Below, piece by piece: positions 1 through 8,156 of a stretch of 34,925 bases of DNA (the first letter of the stretch is position 1; each line of letters opens with the position of its first letter). The stretch lies in contig ONHH01000107.1 in assembly GCA_900317575.1 (NCBI GenBank), positions 1 through 34,925 on the forward strand, read 5' to 3'. The notes beneath the pieces are model-generated. The model was given only the letters and a program-made list of their open reading frames with translations. It had not been told where the DNA came from and did no database searches. The translations under genes and the position numbers were made by a program. Source of the stretch: an uncultured Bacillota bacterium. GTDB lineage: Bacteria > Bacillota_I > Bacilli_A > ML615J-28 > CAG-313.

Positions 1-11
1 TAGCTGATGAA

Positions 12-683
12 ATGTTAACACTTGATTTAATTAATAAAGATTATTATCAAATAGAATATAAAGATATAGCATATGATACAATTGATGTCATGAAAGCAAA
101 TGATCACATTAAAGATGCATTTCTTCCATATACAACAGATATTAATGAATCATCAATATTATCAATGACATACTATACGTATCGAATGTTTACATCTAAT
201 GAAAGTTATCATTTAAGAAGTAGTGAACTTAAAGATAGTGATTTATTTGATTTAATGGTAGATTTAGCTGAAGGTTTTGAACATTCAATAGATGTTGAAT
301 TTGAAAAATATTTAAAATATTATGATAAATATCCTGCTTGTGTTAATTATATCAATCAAGTAAAGAATTTAGAGACAGAATTTGATTACTTTGAAATATT
401 TAAAATGTATCTAAATTATAATTATTTTGAAGATGAAAAGTTTTTAAATAATCATGAACTTCTTGCAAAACATAATTCACATGAAGCATGGGCAAAAAAA
501 TCATTTTATCCATATTATCGATTGTTAACCTTTATTTTAGATTCTTCATGGGTAGATTATGAAATAAATGAAGATAATTATCTCTGGTTTTATTTTAGTT
601 TAGAACCAAAAGAAAGAATATTATATTTATTAAATACTGCTGATTCTCTAATTAAAGAATATAGAAAAAATATAAAAGTGTAG
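12..683 (+). CDS. hypothetical protein (possibly 5'-truncated by the window edge)
   Basis: 223-aa ORF. The frame stays open upstream of the ATG to position 3, so the true start may lie outside the window. Asn/Tyr/Glu-rich with no signal peptide and no motif I recognise. Followed by a hairpin terminator at 687-722. Confidence 0.55.
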   Translation: MLTLDLINKDYYQIEYKDIAYDTIDVMKANDHIKDAFLPYTTDINESSILSMTYYTYRMFTSNESYHLRSSELKDSDLFDLMVDLAEGFEHSIDVEFEKYLKYYDKYPACVNYINQVKNLETEFDYFEIFKMYLNYNYFEDEKFLNNHELLAKHNSHEAWAKKSFYPYYRLLTFILDSSWVDYEINEDNYLWFYFSLEPKERILYLLNTADSLIKEYRKNIKV

Positions 684-686
684 AAA

Positions 687-722
687 AAATGCTGAAAGAT
701 ATTCTTTCAGCATTTTATTTTT
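687..722. terminator. bidirectional rho-independent terminator between convergent genes
   Basis: Stem AAATGCTGAAAG (687-698) / CTTTCAGCATTT (704-715) with a 5-nt loop. An A-run lies on the left and a T-run on the right. Overlaps the lysR stop. Confidence 0.8.
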
Positions 723-1599
723 TATTGATAATTGTATCTTTGACCATAGAAAAGATATTGCTTTTAGTACTATGGGTTCTTGTAACTAAGGTAATATTTC
801 TTTTTGGAGCTTTTTCTAGTAAATCAATGATAAAACATTTTTCATCTTTGATAGCTTCAAGTGCCATTTCTTTAGGAATAAAAGCTAATCCATAATTCTT
901 TTCAACCATTGGTGTTATCACACCAACACTATCAGTTTCATATTCAGGGTGGAATATTATATTATATTTAGCTGCGAAGCTATCGATATGGACTCTAAAT
1001 TGATTATCTTTTGAAAGAAGAATTAAAGGATAATTAATTAGGTCTTTTATAGATAGGGGACTATTGATTTTATTTTTATAATTATTCCCAGCGATAATAA
1101 CATCTTCAATTTTTTTAATTTGATAAAGTTCTAGATCTTGCTCAATTTTAAATGGAGTTGTCACGAAAGCAAAATCAATCTTACCCTTATCAACCATATC
1201 TAAGATTTTAGTTGTTGAACCAGTATAGATTTGATAATGAATATTAGGGAATTGTCCTTGTAAACTCTTTACTAAATCAAATACATAGCATTCAAGAGAG
1301 GTAAGGGTTGCGCCAATATAGATATCTGCATCAACAGCTTTACTAAAATTTTGAATATCTTTTTCAATTCGTGATAATTGATTGAAAGGTATTTCAATCA
1401 TTTGATATAATCTTTCTCCTTCTTTAGTTAGCATTACTCCACTCTTAGTTCTTAAAAAAAGTTTGGTTGAAAGCTCAGCTTCAAGGCTAGAAATAATTCT
1501 TGAAATAGCTGGTTGGGATGTATATAATTCTTTTGCAGCTTTTGAGAAATTGTGATATTCACATACTAAATAAAACACTTTTAAATATTCATAATTCAT
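715..1599 (-). CDS. LysR-family transcriptional regulator
   Basis: 294 aa. N-terminal winged-HTH signature FSKAAKELYTSQPAISRIISSLE...LFLRTKSGVMLTKEG. GGAG lies upstream of the ATG. Divergent from the 1719-9329 operon. Confidence 0.9.
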   Translation of the reverse strand: MNYEYLKVFYLVCEYHNFSKAAKELYTSQPAISRIISSLEAELSTKLFLRTKSGVMLTKEGERLYQMIEIPFNQLSRIEKDIQNFSKAVDADIYIGATLTSLECYVFDLVKSLQGQFPNIHYQIYTGSTTKILDMVDKGKIDFAFVTTPFKIEQDLELYQIKKIEDVIIAGNNYKNKINSPLSIKDLINYPLILLSKDNQFRVHIDSFAAKYNIIFHPEYETDSVGVITPMVEKNYGLAFIPKEMALEAIKDEKCFIIDLLEKAPKRNITLVTRTHSTKSNIFSMVKDTIINKK

Positions 1600-1622
1600 A
1601 GATTACTCCAGATATAACAAAT

Positions 1623-1640
1623 TGATATAACATTATATCA
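1623..1640. promoter_or_regulatory. inverted repeat TGATATAA-ca-TTATATCA, candidate LysR operator; also carries the lysR extended -10 (minus strand, 1632-1640)
   Basis: 8+8 bp perfect inverted repeat. On the minus strand it reads TGATATAAT 32 nt upstream of the lysR ATG. A direct repeat GATATAACA occurs at 1611-1619 and 1624-1632. Confidence 0.45.
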
Positions 1641-1649
1641 TTTTATTTG

Positions 1650-1678
1650 TTTACATTATATAATAAAAATGTTATAAT
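1650..1678 (+). promoter_or_regulatory. sigma-70-type promoter of the lipoprotein/hydrolase operon
   Basis: TTTACA (1650-1655), 17-nt spacer, TGtTATAAT (1670-1678). Lies about 40 nt upstream of the ATG at 1719, with AGGAGG at 1705-1710. Confidence 0.6.
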
Positions 1679-1683
1679 GTAAA

Positions 1684-1698
1684 TGAAAACGCTTGTCA
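1684..1698. promoter_or_regulatory. cre-like / LacI-family operator-like site
   Basis: TGAAAACGCTTGTCA is a CG-centred near-palindrome. It resembles the Firmicute cre consensus TGWAANCGNTNWCA, though the right half is imperfect. It sits at about +1 to +20 of the 1650-1678 promoter. Confidence 0.35.
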
Positions 1699-1718
1699 AT
1701 TTTTTAGGAGGTTAGTAA

Positions 1719-3389
1719 ATGAAGTATTTATCTAAAATATTGATAGTATTTCTCTTAATTAGTATTTTAATTACCACATCATGTGGTACTAAAGATGAAG
1801 ATAAACATAATAATTATGATGATGTTACTTATGATATATCTATTAATCAAGATAATTCATTAACTGCACATTTACTTAAGGTTGGTAATGAATATACTTT
1901 AACAATTAATGGAACAGGTAAAGGAAAATCTTTTAATAAAAAAGAAGAAGTTCCTTGGAATCCAGTTGTTAAAAAAATAACTCAAGTCTTCATTAATGAT
2001 GGTATAACTAGTATTGGTGATTATTATTTTTCCTCAATTGCTTTAAAACAAATTATTTTACCAAAGAGTGTTAGACGAATTGAAGATAATTCTTTTAATA
2101 GTATTACTGAATTATATTCATATAATACAGAAGTTGATAACGCAAAATATAATAATATTTATTATTATAGTGAAAATGAACCAACTACTAATGGTAATTA
2201 TTTCCATGTTGTTAATGATCAAATTGTATTATGGAAGATAATTAAATTATTATTTATTGGTAATAGTTTTACTTATCGACCAGGAACAACTGATAATCCA
2301 TTTATTCCATATGCTTTTATGGAACTTGGAAAGAAAGCAGGTCTTAATTTACAAGTAGATTCTGTAGTAATGGGATCTTATACCTTAGCTAAATTTATTA
2401 ATCCTAGTGATTCAATGGGTGCAATTGTTAATCAAAAATTAGATGATAATAATGATTATGATTATATTATTCTTCAAGAGCAATCAACTACACCAATTAA
2501 TTCATATAATGGTTTTGAAACAGCTGTTGGTAAATTTGTTACGAAAGTAAAAGAAACCCAAGATCATGCGAAAATAATATTATATGAAACATGGGGATCA
2601 CCTGGAGGCTTATCTTCAGCTAATTGTAAAACCATTGAAGAAATGGAAGATAAATTGAGAAAAGCTTATGCTGATTGTGGTGATAAATATAATTTACAAG
2701 TTAATTATGTAGGTAAAGGCTTCACTCATGTCTATAAGAATTATCCAGATATCAATTTATATGATGCAGATGAAAGACATCCATCATATGAAGGAGCATA
2801 TTTATCGAGCTGTATTCATTTAATATCTATCTTTGGTTTAGATATCACCAATGTTGATTTTAAATATTCATTAGGTGATAAAGCATCTCTATTAAGAAGA
2901 ATAGCAATGGATGTATGTCATGATACTACAATATATACTAATTCAAGTACTGAACCGGAAATAGATATTGATGAAGTAATTGAAAATCCCGTTATTAAAA
3001 TTGCGTGGTATGCAAAAACTGCTACTAGTGGATTGAATGAAACAATTATTAAAAAATTAAAAGCTGGTATTATTGAATATTTAAAGAAGAATAATATCGC
3101 AAATAGCGATAAAGTGTATTTGAAAAGCTACAGTGGAAATGTAGAAAGTAGCTGTGGTGCCATTCTAATGGATGGCGATGTTGATGTAATGGTTGGATGG
3201 AAATCCAACGTTGATACCGTGGGTTATATTGATTATCTTCAAGCCTATCCTGGTAATGATTCAAGTGAACCTGGTATCAAAATGGGGAATGTTGAAGGTC
3301 GCTGGATTCATTTATTGAGAAATAATGAAGTAGCGCGATTAGTTTTTAATTATTTAAAAACTAGTGAGGGGCAAGCTTTATTTAGTTAA
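1719..3389 (+). CDS. surface lipoprotein: BspA-type LRR segment + SGNH/GDSL-like hydrolase + C-terminal shared module
   Basis: 556 aa. Signal peptide with lipobox LITTSC (Cys22). LRR_5-like segment ITQVFINDGITSIGDYYF...ILPKSVRRIEDNSF. SGNH blocks FIGNSFT (Ser183, 2265-2267) and DERHPS (DxxH, 2769-2780). The C-terminal 133 aa (2988-3386) are shared with the next two genes. Confidence 0.8.
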   Translation: MKYLSKILIVFLLISILITTSCGTKDEDKHNNYDDVTYDISINQDNSLTAHLLKVGNEYTLTINGTGKGKSFNKKEEVPWNPVVKKITQVFINDGITSIGDYYFSSIALKQIILPKSVRRIEDNSFNSITELYSYNTEVDNAKYNNIYYYSENEPTTNGNYFHVVNDQIVLWKIIKLLFIGNSFTYRPGTTDNPFIPYAFMELGKKAGLNLQVDSVVMGSYTLAKFINPSDSMGAIVNQKLDDNNDYDYIILQEQSTTPINSYNGFETAVGKFVTKVKETQDHAKIILYETWGSPGGLSSANCKTIEEMEDKLRKAYADCGDKYNLQVNYVGKGFTHVYKNYPDINLYDADERHPSYEGAYLSSCIHLISIFGLDITNVDFKYSLGDKASLLRRIAMDVCHDTTIYTNSSTEPEIDIDEVIENPVIKIAWYAKTATSGLNETIIKKLKAGIIEYLKKNNIANSDKVYLKSYSGNVESSCGAILMDGDVDVMVGWKSNVDTVGYIDYLQAYPGNDSSEPGIKMGNVEGRWIHLLRNNEVARLVFNYLKTSEGQALFS

Positions 3390-3416
3390 TAAAAAATTTT
3401 CATATGGAGGTTAAAA

Positions 3417-4898
3417 ATGAAAATTAAAAATTTATTATTATTCTTAGTTTTAGCACTATTTATGATTGGTGCTGTTGCGTGTGACGACGACAAAGAACCA
3501 GCAGATGATCAACCTGTTGATGAAAAAACTGTTTATACAGTTATCTTTGAAGTTGATGGTGCTCGTCATGCTACTGCAAAAGTAGAAGCTGGTCAAACCA
3601 TTAAAGATGAAATTGCTGATCCAGTAAAAGAAAATCATTTATTTGTTTCTTGGATGGATGGCGAAACAGCTGTTGATCTTGCATCATACAAGGTAACAAA
3701 GAATGTTACTTTAACTGCTAAATTTGAAATGATTGATCATTCAGATTTAAATGTTAATATGACAAAAGAACCAGGTACAGCATACTATCTTGTAATTGGT
3801 TGGTGGGAATGTACTGATGTTAAAGATGATGGTTCTCCTAAATATACAAGTTATTTAACTGAACCACTTGTTCAATTATTCTATTACAATCTAAATCTAT
3901 ATCTAAAAGCTTGTGGAGCAAGTAATGATGATTTAGCTAAAGTAAGCTTCAGAAATTATTCTAGTAAAGATGTAGCAGCTATGGTAGCAGGCGTTAAAGC
4001 TGATGCAGATTGCGAAATCTTAATCGGTGTTGGTAACAATGTTAACTCATCTGGTAATTTAACACTTCTTGGTGGTAATGATGGTAAATGTGATGTTACA
4101 ATGGGTACTACTCCAACTACAAGAAAAGTAGCAGTTCTAGATGGCGCTGGTGAAGTTGCACAAAATGTATATGAATGGATTAAACATACTCAAGAAGGTA
4201 AAGATGCATTCAATAAACATTTAAATCCAGATACATTAGAAAAATATGTAGAAGTAATCAACCTAACTGTTACAGTTCATGGTGATACTGATGCTGTTAC
4301 TGAATTACATGATCGTGAAACTTTAATCAATTTACCTACTATTACTGTTCCAACTGGTAAAGCATTTGCTGGTTTTGCGACAAGTGAAAATGCTGAAGAA
4401 GCTCAATTAGTTGCAAATGTTGATTCAGAATTAAAGTATGGTGATGTTGAAAAATTAGCAACAGGTGCTACTCTTGATTTATATCCAGTATTTGTTGAAA
4501 AGAATACAAGTGATAAAGTATTAATCGTTTATGTACATATGTCAGCTAGTAAATCAACATATATTACAGATGATGAATTAACTCTATTAGAAGCTAATTT
4601 CAAAGCTACTCTTGAAGAAGGAGAAAGTGTACAATTCGTTCCAATTAAAGGTGTAAACGGCGAAGGCTTTAATAAAGCTGTATTGGCTGTTATTGAAGAA
4701 GGAACAATTGTTGATATGGTTATTGGTGGTAATACTATTACTTCAACAGCTCCTGTACTAGTTGCTGAAAATTATGATGTTGCAGCTGGACATTTTGCTA
4801 AGGACTCTCGTAAATTTGGTGTTCTTACTGGTTGCAACAGTGAAGATATTGCTGCTAAATTAACTGCATTCTTATCTACACCAGTAGTTACTGAATAA
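3417..4898 (+). CDS. surface lipoprotein: Listeria-Bacteroides (Flg_new) repeat + two copies of the shared module
   Basis: 493 aa. Strong SD GGAGG. Lipobox IGAVAC (Cys22). Flg_new-like segment YTVIFEVDG...HLFVSWMDGE...VTLTAKF, with a second degenerate Flg_new-like segment around residues 280-360. Module copies lie at about 3777-4220 and 4512-4886. Codon usage is visibly GC3/T3-richer than in neighbouring genes. Confidence 0.8.
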   Translation: MKIKNLLLFLVLALFMIGAVACDDDKEPADDQPVDEKTVYTVIFEVDGARHATAKVEAGQTIKDEIADPVKENHLFVSWMDGETAVDLASYKVTKNVTLTAKFEMIDHSDLNVNMTKEPGTAYYLVIGWWECTDVKDDGSPKYTSYLTEPLVQLFYYNLNLYLKACGASNDDLAKVSFRNYSSKDVAAMVAGVKADADCEILIGVGNNVNSSGNLTLLGGNDGKCDVTMGTTPTTRKVAVLDGAGEVAQNVYEWIKHTQEGKDAFNKHLNPDTLEKYVEVINLTVTVHGDTDAVTELHDRETLINLPTITVPTGKAFAGFATSENAEEAQLVANVDSELKYGDVEKLATGATLDLYPVFVEKNTSDKVLIVYVHMSASKSTYITDDELTLLEANFKATLEEGESVQFVPIKGVNGEGFNKAVLAVIEEGTIVDMVIGGNTITSTAPVLVAENYDVAAGHFAKDSRKFGVLTGCNSEDIAAKLTAFLSTPVVTE

Positions 4899-4914
4899 AA
4901 GATTTAATAATACA

Positions 4915-5700
4915 ATGAAAAGAATAATCTTACTTTTCCTTTTATTAGTAGTAGGATTGACAACAACATCTTGTATTGCAGGTGTTTTTGAAGAAGAAAT
5001 AAAAGTCGTATTTGTATGTGATGGAGATGAAATCGGATCAGGAGTTGTTACTCAATTTAAGAATATCAAGACTCCTGAACTTGATTCAAAATATATTCCA
5101 GCTAATTATAAATTCTTTGGTTGGACAGCTTTAAATCCTAATAAGATTAAAGCAACTGATGAAAACTTTAGTGAAGAATATCTCTATACTGGAGCAATGG
5201 TTCATTGGAGTGATATCAAAGATCATATCAAAAATAAGACTGTAACTTATCAAGCATTGATGATTAATAAAGATGATATTCCAGTAGTTCATCATTATGT
5301 ATCTATCGCATGGTATGATAAGGAAGCAACATCAGGCATTACTACTAAGCAAATGGAACAATTTACAACTAAACTAAAAGCATATTTAACTAGTCAAGGT
5401 GTTCCTGAATCTGAATTAAATACAATTGTTATTCGTGGATATACTGGTCAAGTTGGTCAATCATGTGGAGCTATTATGAAAGATGGTGACATTGATATTA
5501 TGCTTGGATGGGGTTCTAGATCTAATGTAGTTGATACAGGTGGTATGAAAGAAGAAATGCTACTTGAATCAGTTTCATTTCAGGTTACATATAATGGAAC
5601 AGTTAAGAATCGTAATATTCATCGTCTAACTGATAATGAAGCAGTATTATTAGTTATGGAATGGATGAAGGGCGAAGAATGCTCTAGCATCTTCAATTAG
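4915..5700 (+). CDS. surface lipoprotein: Flg_new repeat + shared module
   Basis: 261 aa. Lipobox GLTTTSC (Cys20). Flg_new-like segment IKVVFVCDGDEIG...YKFFGWTALNP. The C-terminal 138 aa (5284-5697) align with 2988-3386 through IAWY.K.ATSG, Y(S/T)G.V..SCGAI..DGD.D.M.GW and R.IH.L..NE. Confidence 0.8.
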   Translation: MKRIILLFLLLVVGLTTTSCIAGVFEEEIKVVFVCDGDEIGSGVVTQFKNIKTPELDSKYIPANYKFFGWTALNPNKIKATDENFSEEYLYTGAMVHWSDIKDHIKNKTVTYQALMINKDDIPVVHHYVSIAWYDKEATSGITTKQMEQFTTKLKAYLTSQGVPESELNTIVIRGYTGQVGQSCGAIMKDGDIDIMLGWGSRSNVVDTGGMKEEMLLESVSFQVTYNGTVKNRNIHRLTDNEAVLLVMEWMKGEECSSIFN

Positions 5701-5709
5701 GAGGGCTAT

Positions 5710-8139
5710 ATGAAAAGAAAATATTTAAAATTAGCTCAAATATTTGAATATATCTTCGCATTCATCTATGCCTTTATTTGTGCTTTATTCTTCTCAGTTA
5801 GTGAAAAGATTTATATCGTATTCTTAATTCTTGTACCATTATCATTGATGATGGGTTTATATCAAGAAGGTATTAAATATCGTTTAGAAGAAGATAGTGA
5901 ATTTACTGCAAAAGATAAGATCGCTCAAATTGTAATAACAATATTATCTATCATTTCTTGTCCTAGTATTATCTTTAATATTTTGGCTTTATTATCTAAT
6001 AAAGAAGATAACAAAGAACTTAAACCAAGAGAAGAAAAAGAACATATTGAAAAGAAATGGTATCAAAAATCATCTGTTATTACAGCTTGCGCATCATTTG
6101 TATTGATTCTATTACTTTCTTTAACTGGTTTCTTAGTTGAATCAAGTATGGGCAAAGTACAAGTTAAAGATTTTACTTTAACTAAAGCTGAAACTGATTT
6201 ATATAATCGTGGTCAAGCTTTAAATGGTACTAGTTATACAATTGATGATCCAACTGTATCAGTATCTTATACTCTATATAAACCTAAAGATGCATCAGCT
6301 ACTAATATTTATCCAGTAGTCTTTGTTCTTCCTGGCTTTACTAGAACTAAGGCGACAATGGCGCAATATGCGATTGAACTTTCTCGCCGTGGAGCAGTTG
6401 TCTTTACTATTGACCCAGGTTCACAAGGAGCTACTACTTATGGTGGATATGAAGCTGATGAAAATGGAGAATATATCTTAGATGAGAACGGCAATAAAAC
6501 CCAAAATTCATATAGCGTAGCTAGAAGTGGTATGGGATATTTAGTGCAATATGTCTACAATAATGTTAATGATTTTGATTATATCGATCGTGATCGTTTC
6601 GGTATTGCGGGACATAGTGCTGGTGGTGGTGATGCATGTAAACTTGCGGCAGACTTTGCAGGTACAACTGATGAATCATCAATCATTAAAGCCTTATATA
6701 TCTCTGGATATATTAAAACATCTGCAGCTAGTCAATTCTATAAATTAAGATGTAATACAGCTCTATCATATGCTAAATATGATGAAGGTTCATTTAGATA
6801 TCAAGATGAAAATCAAGCTTATGAAGTAATTGCGTTAAGATTTATTAATGAAGTTAATAGTAAAACTGCAGGAAAAAATGGTCATTTTGATGAATTCGAA
6901 GAAGATAAAGATTATGGTGATATTAGTACTGGTACTTATCGTATTATTCATCATGAAGATATCAATCACTGTTTTGAAATGTATGATCCATTATCAATTA
7001 CTAATACTATTAATTTCTTTAGAAGATGTCTTAATTTAGAAACTGATTTAGCTGATAATAAACAAGTATGGTTTGGTAAAGAATTATCTAATGGTTTAGC
7101 TCTTGCGGCAGCCTTTACATTAATTATTTCATTAGTATATATTGTAGTAGAATATGTACCATTTATGAAATCATTAAAGGTGGCAGGTGATGCAAGATTA
7201 CTTGAAGAAAAGACAATCAGAGAAGAATATACATCTGATGGCTATGTAAGAATGGAACTTGGAACTAAACGTAAATATCGTAGTTTTGGTAAACGTTGTT
7301 TATTCTGGCTACCAATGATTCTTACAGCTATTATTGCATGTTTAGATTACATTCCTCTCGCAAGATTATCAATGGATCTATTCCCTGATGCAGCCGGTAA
7401 TACTTATACATATTACTTCCCTGCAAGAATGATGAATGCCGTCTTCTTATGGGCTGTAATCAATGGATCTGTTGGTCTTGTTATTTGGTGTCTAACTACC
7501 TTATTAGAAAATTTATATTATACAATTGAATCAAAGATTAAAGGCTGTGAAAATCGTAGTGATTGGTCTAAATTCAAAGGCTTAAAAGTTAAACCTCTTG
7601 ATTTACTTAAATCATTAGGCTTTGCGGTATTATTATTTGCAGTATTCTATGGATTATTACAATTAATGTATTTATTAACTCATCAAGATTGGCGTTTCAT
7701 GCTAGTTTCAGCATCTCCTCTTCAAATGAGATTTGTTGTTACATGGTTAATTTATCTAGCTGGATTCTTTGTATTCTATATTTCTAATTCAATTAGAGTT
7801 AATCTTACTATCGCAAGAGAAGGCTATAAAGAATGGCAAGTATTATTAATATCAGCTTTAGCTAATTCTCTTGGTTTAGTATTCATTATCATTATTAATT
7901 ATTTTGTATATTTTAAAACTGGTACAGTTTATTATGGATTCTATTCTAAAACTGACGCATCAGAAATGTGGTTATATATCAATATGGTATTCCCACTAAT
8001 AGTTATGATGGGTATATTACCAATCTTTAATCGTCTTGTTTATAAAAAATTTGGAAATGTTTATGCAGGTGCTCTACTTTGGTGTATGATCTTTATTATG
8101 ATGTCACTATCTGCATCAATATCATTCATTCCAATGTAA
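5710..8139 (+). CDS. polytopic membrane protein with an embedded alpha/beta-hydrolase (esterase-like) domain
   Basis: 809 aa. SD AGGAGGG. About 3-4 N-terminal hydrophobic segments. A soluble domain of roughly 300 aa contains VVFVLPGFTRTK and the nucleophile elbow GIAGHSAGGG (Ser303, 6616-6618). By eye, about 8 further hydrophobic segments run to the C-terminus. Confidence 0.8.
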   Translation: MKRKYLKLAQIFEYIFAFIYAFICALFFSVSEKIYIVFLILVPLSLMMGLYQEGIKYRLEEDSEFTAKDKIAQIVITILSIISCPSIIFNILALLSNKEDNKELKPREEKEHIEKKWYQKSSVITACASFVLILLLSLTGFLVESSMGKVQVKDFTLTKAETDLYNRGQALNGTSYTIDDPTVSVSYTLYKPKDASATNIYPVVFVLPGFTRTKATMAQYAIELSRRGAVVFTIDPGSQGATTYGGYEADENGEYILDENGNKTQNSYSVARSGMGYLVQYVYNNVNDFDYIDRDRFGIAGHSAGGGDACKLAADFAGTTDESSIIKALYISGYIKTSAASQFYKLRCNTALSYAKYDEGSFRYQDENQAYEVIALRFINEVNSKTAGKNGHFDEFEEDKDYGDISTGTYRIIHHEDINHCFEMYDPLSITNTINFFRRCLNLETDLADNKQVWFGKELSNGLALAAAFTLIISLVYIVVEYVPFMKSLKVAGDARLLEEKTIREEYTSDGYVRMELGTKRKYRSFGKRCLFWLPMILTAIIACLDYIPLARLSMDLFPDAAGNTYTYYFPARMMNAVFLWAVINGSVGLVIWCLTTLLENLYYTIESKIKGCENRSDWSKFKGLKVKPLDLLKSLGFAVLLFAVFYGLLQLMYLLTHQDWRFMLVSASPLQMRFVVTWLIYLAGFFVFYISNSIRVNLTIAREGYKEWQVLLISALANSLGLVFIIIINYFVYFKTGTVYYGFYSKTDASEMWLYINMVFPLIVMMGILPIFNRLVYKKFGNVYAGALLWCMIFIMMSLSASISFIPM

Positions 8140-8156
8140 AAAGGAGAAATTAACTT

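Noticed and set aside
689-895. 68-aa plus-strand ORF in the supplied track
   Set aside because: It lies entirely antisense to the 3' end of the well-supported LysR gene. It starts inside the terminator hairpin and has no SD. It is a typical AT-rich shadow ORF.
3070-3638. Small minus-strand ORFs 3070-3264 and 3456-3638. The same class includes 6551-6748, 6848-7039, 8306-8545, 14517-14735, 19226-19432, 22956-23141, 27171-27380, 28765-28968, 29718-29900 and 33161-33376.
   Set aside because: All are nested inside, or in alternative frames of, much longer ORFs with recognisable domains. None has a convincing SD or promoter.
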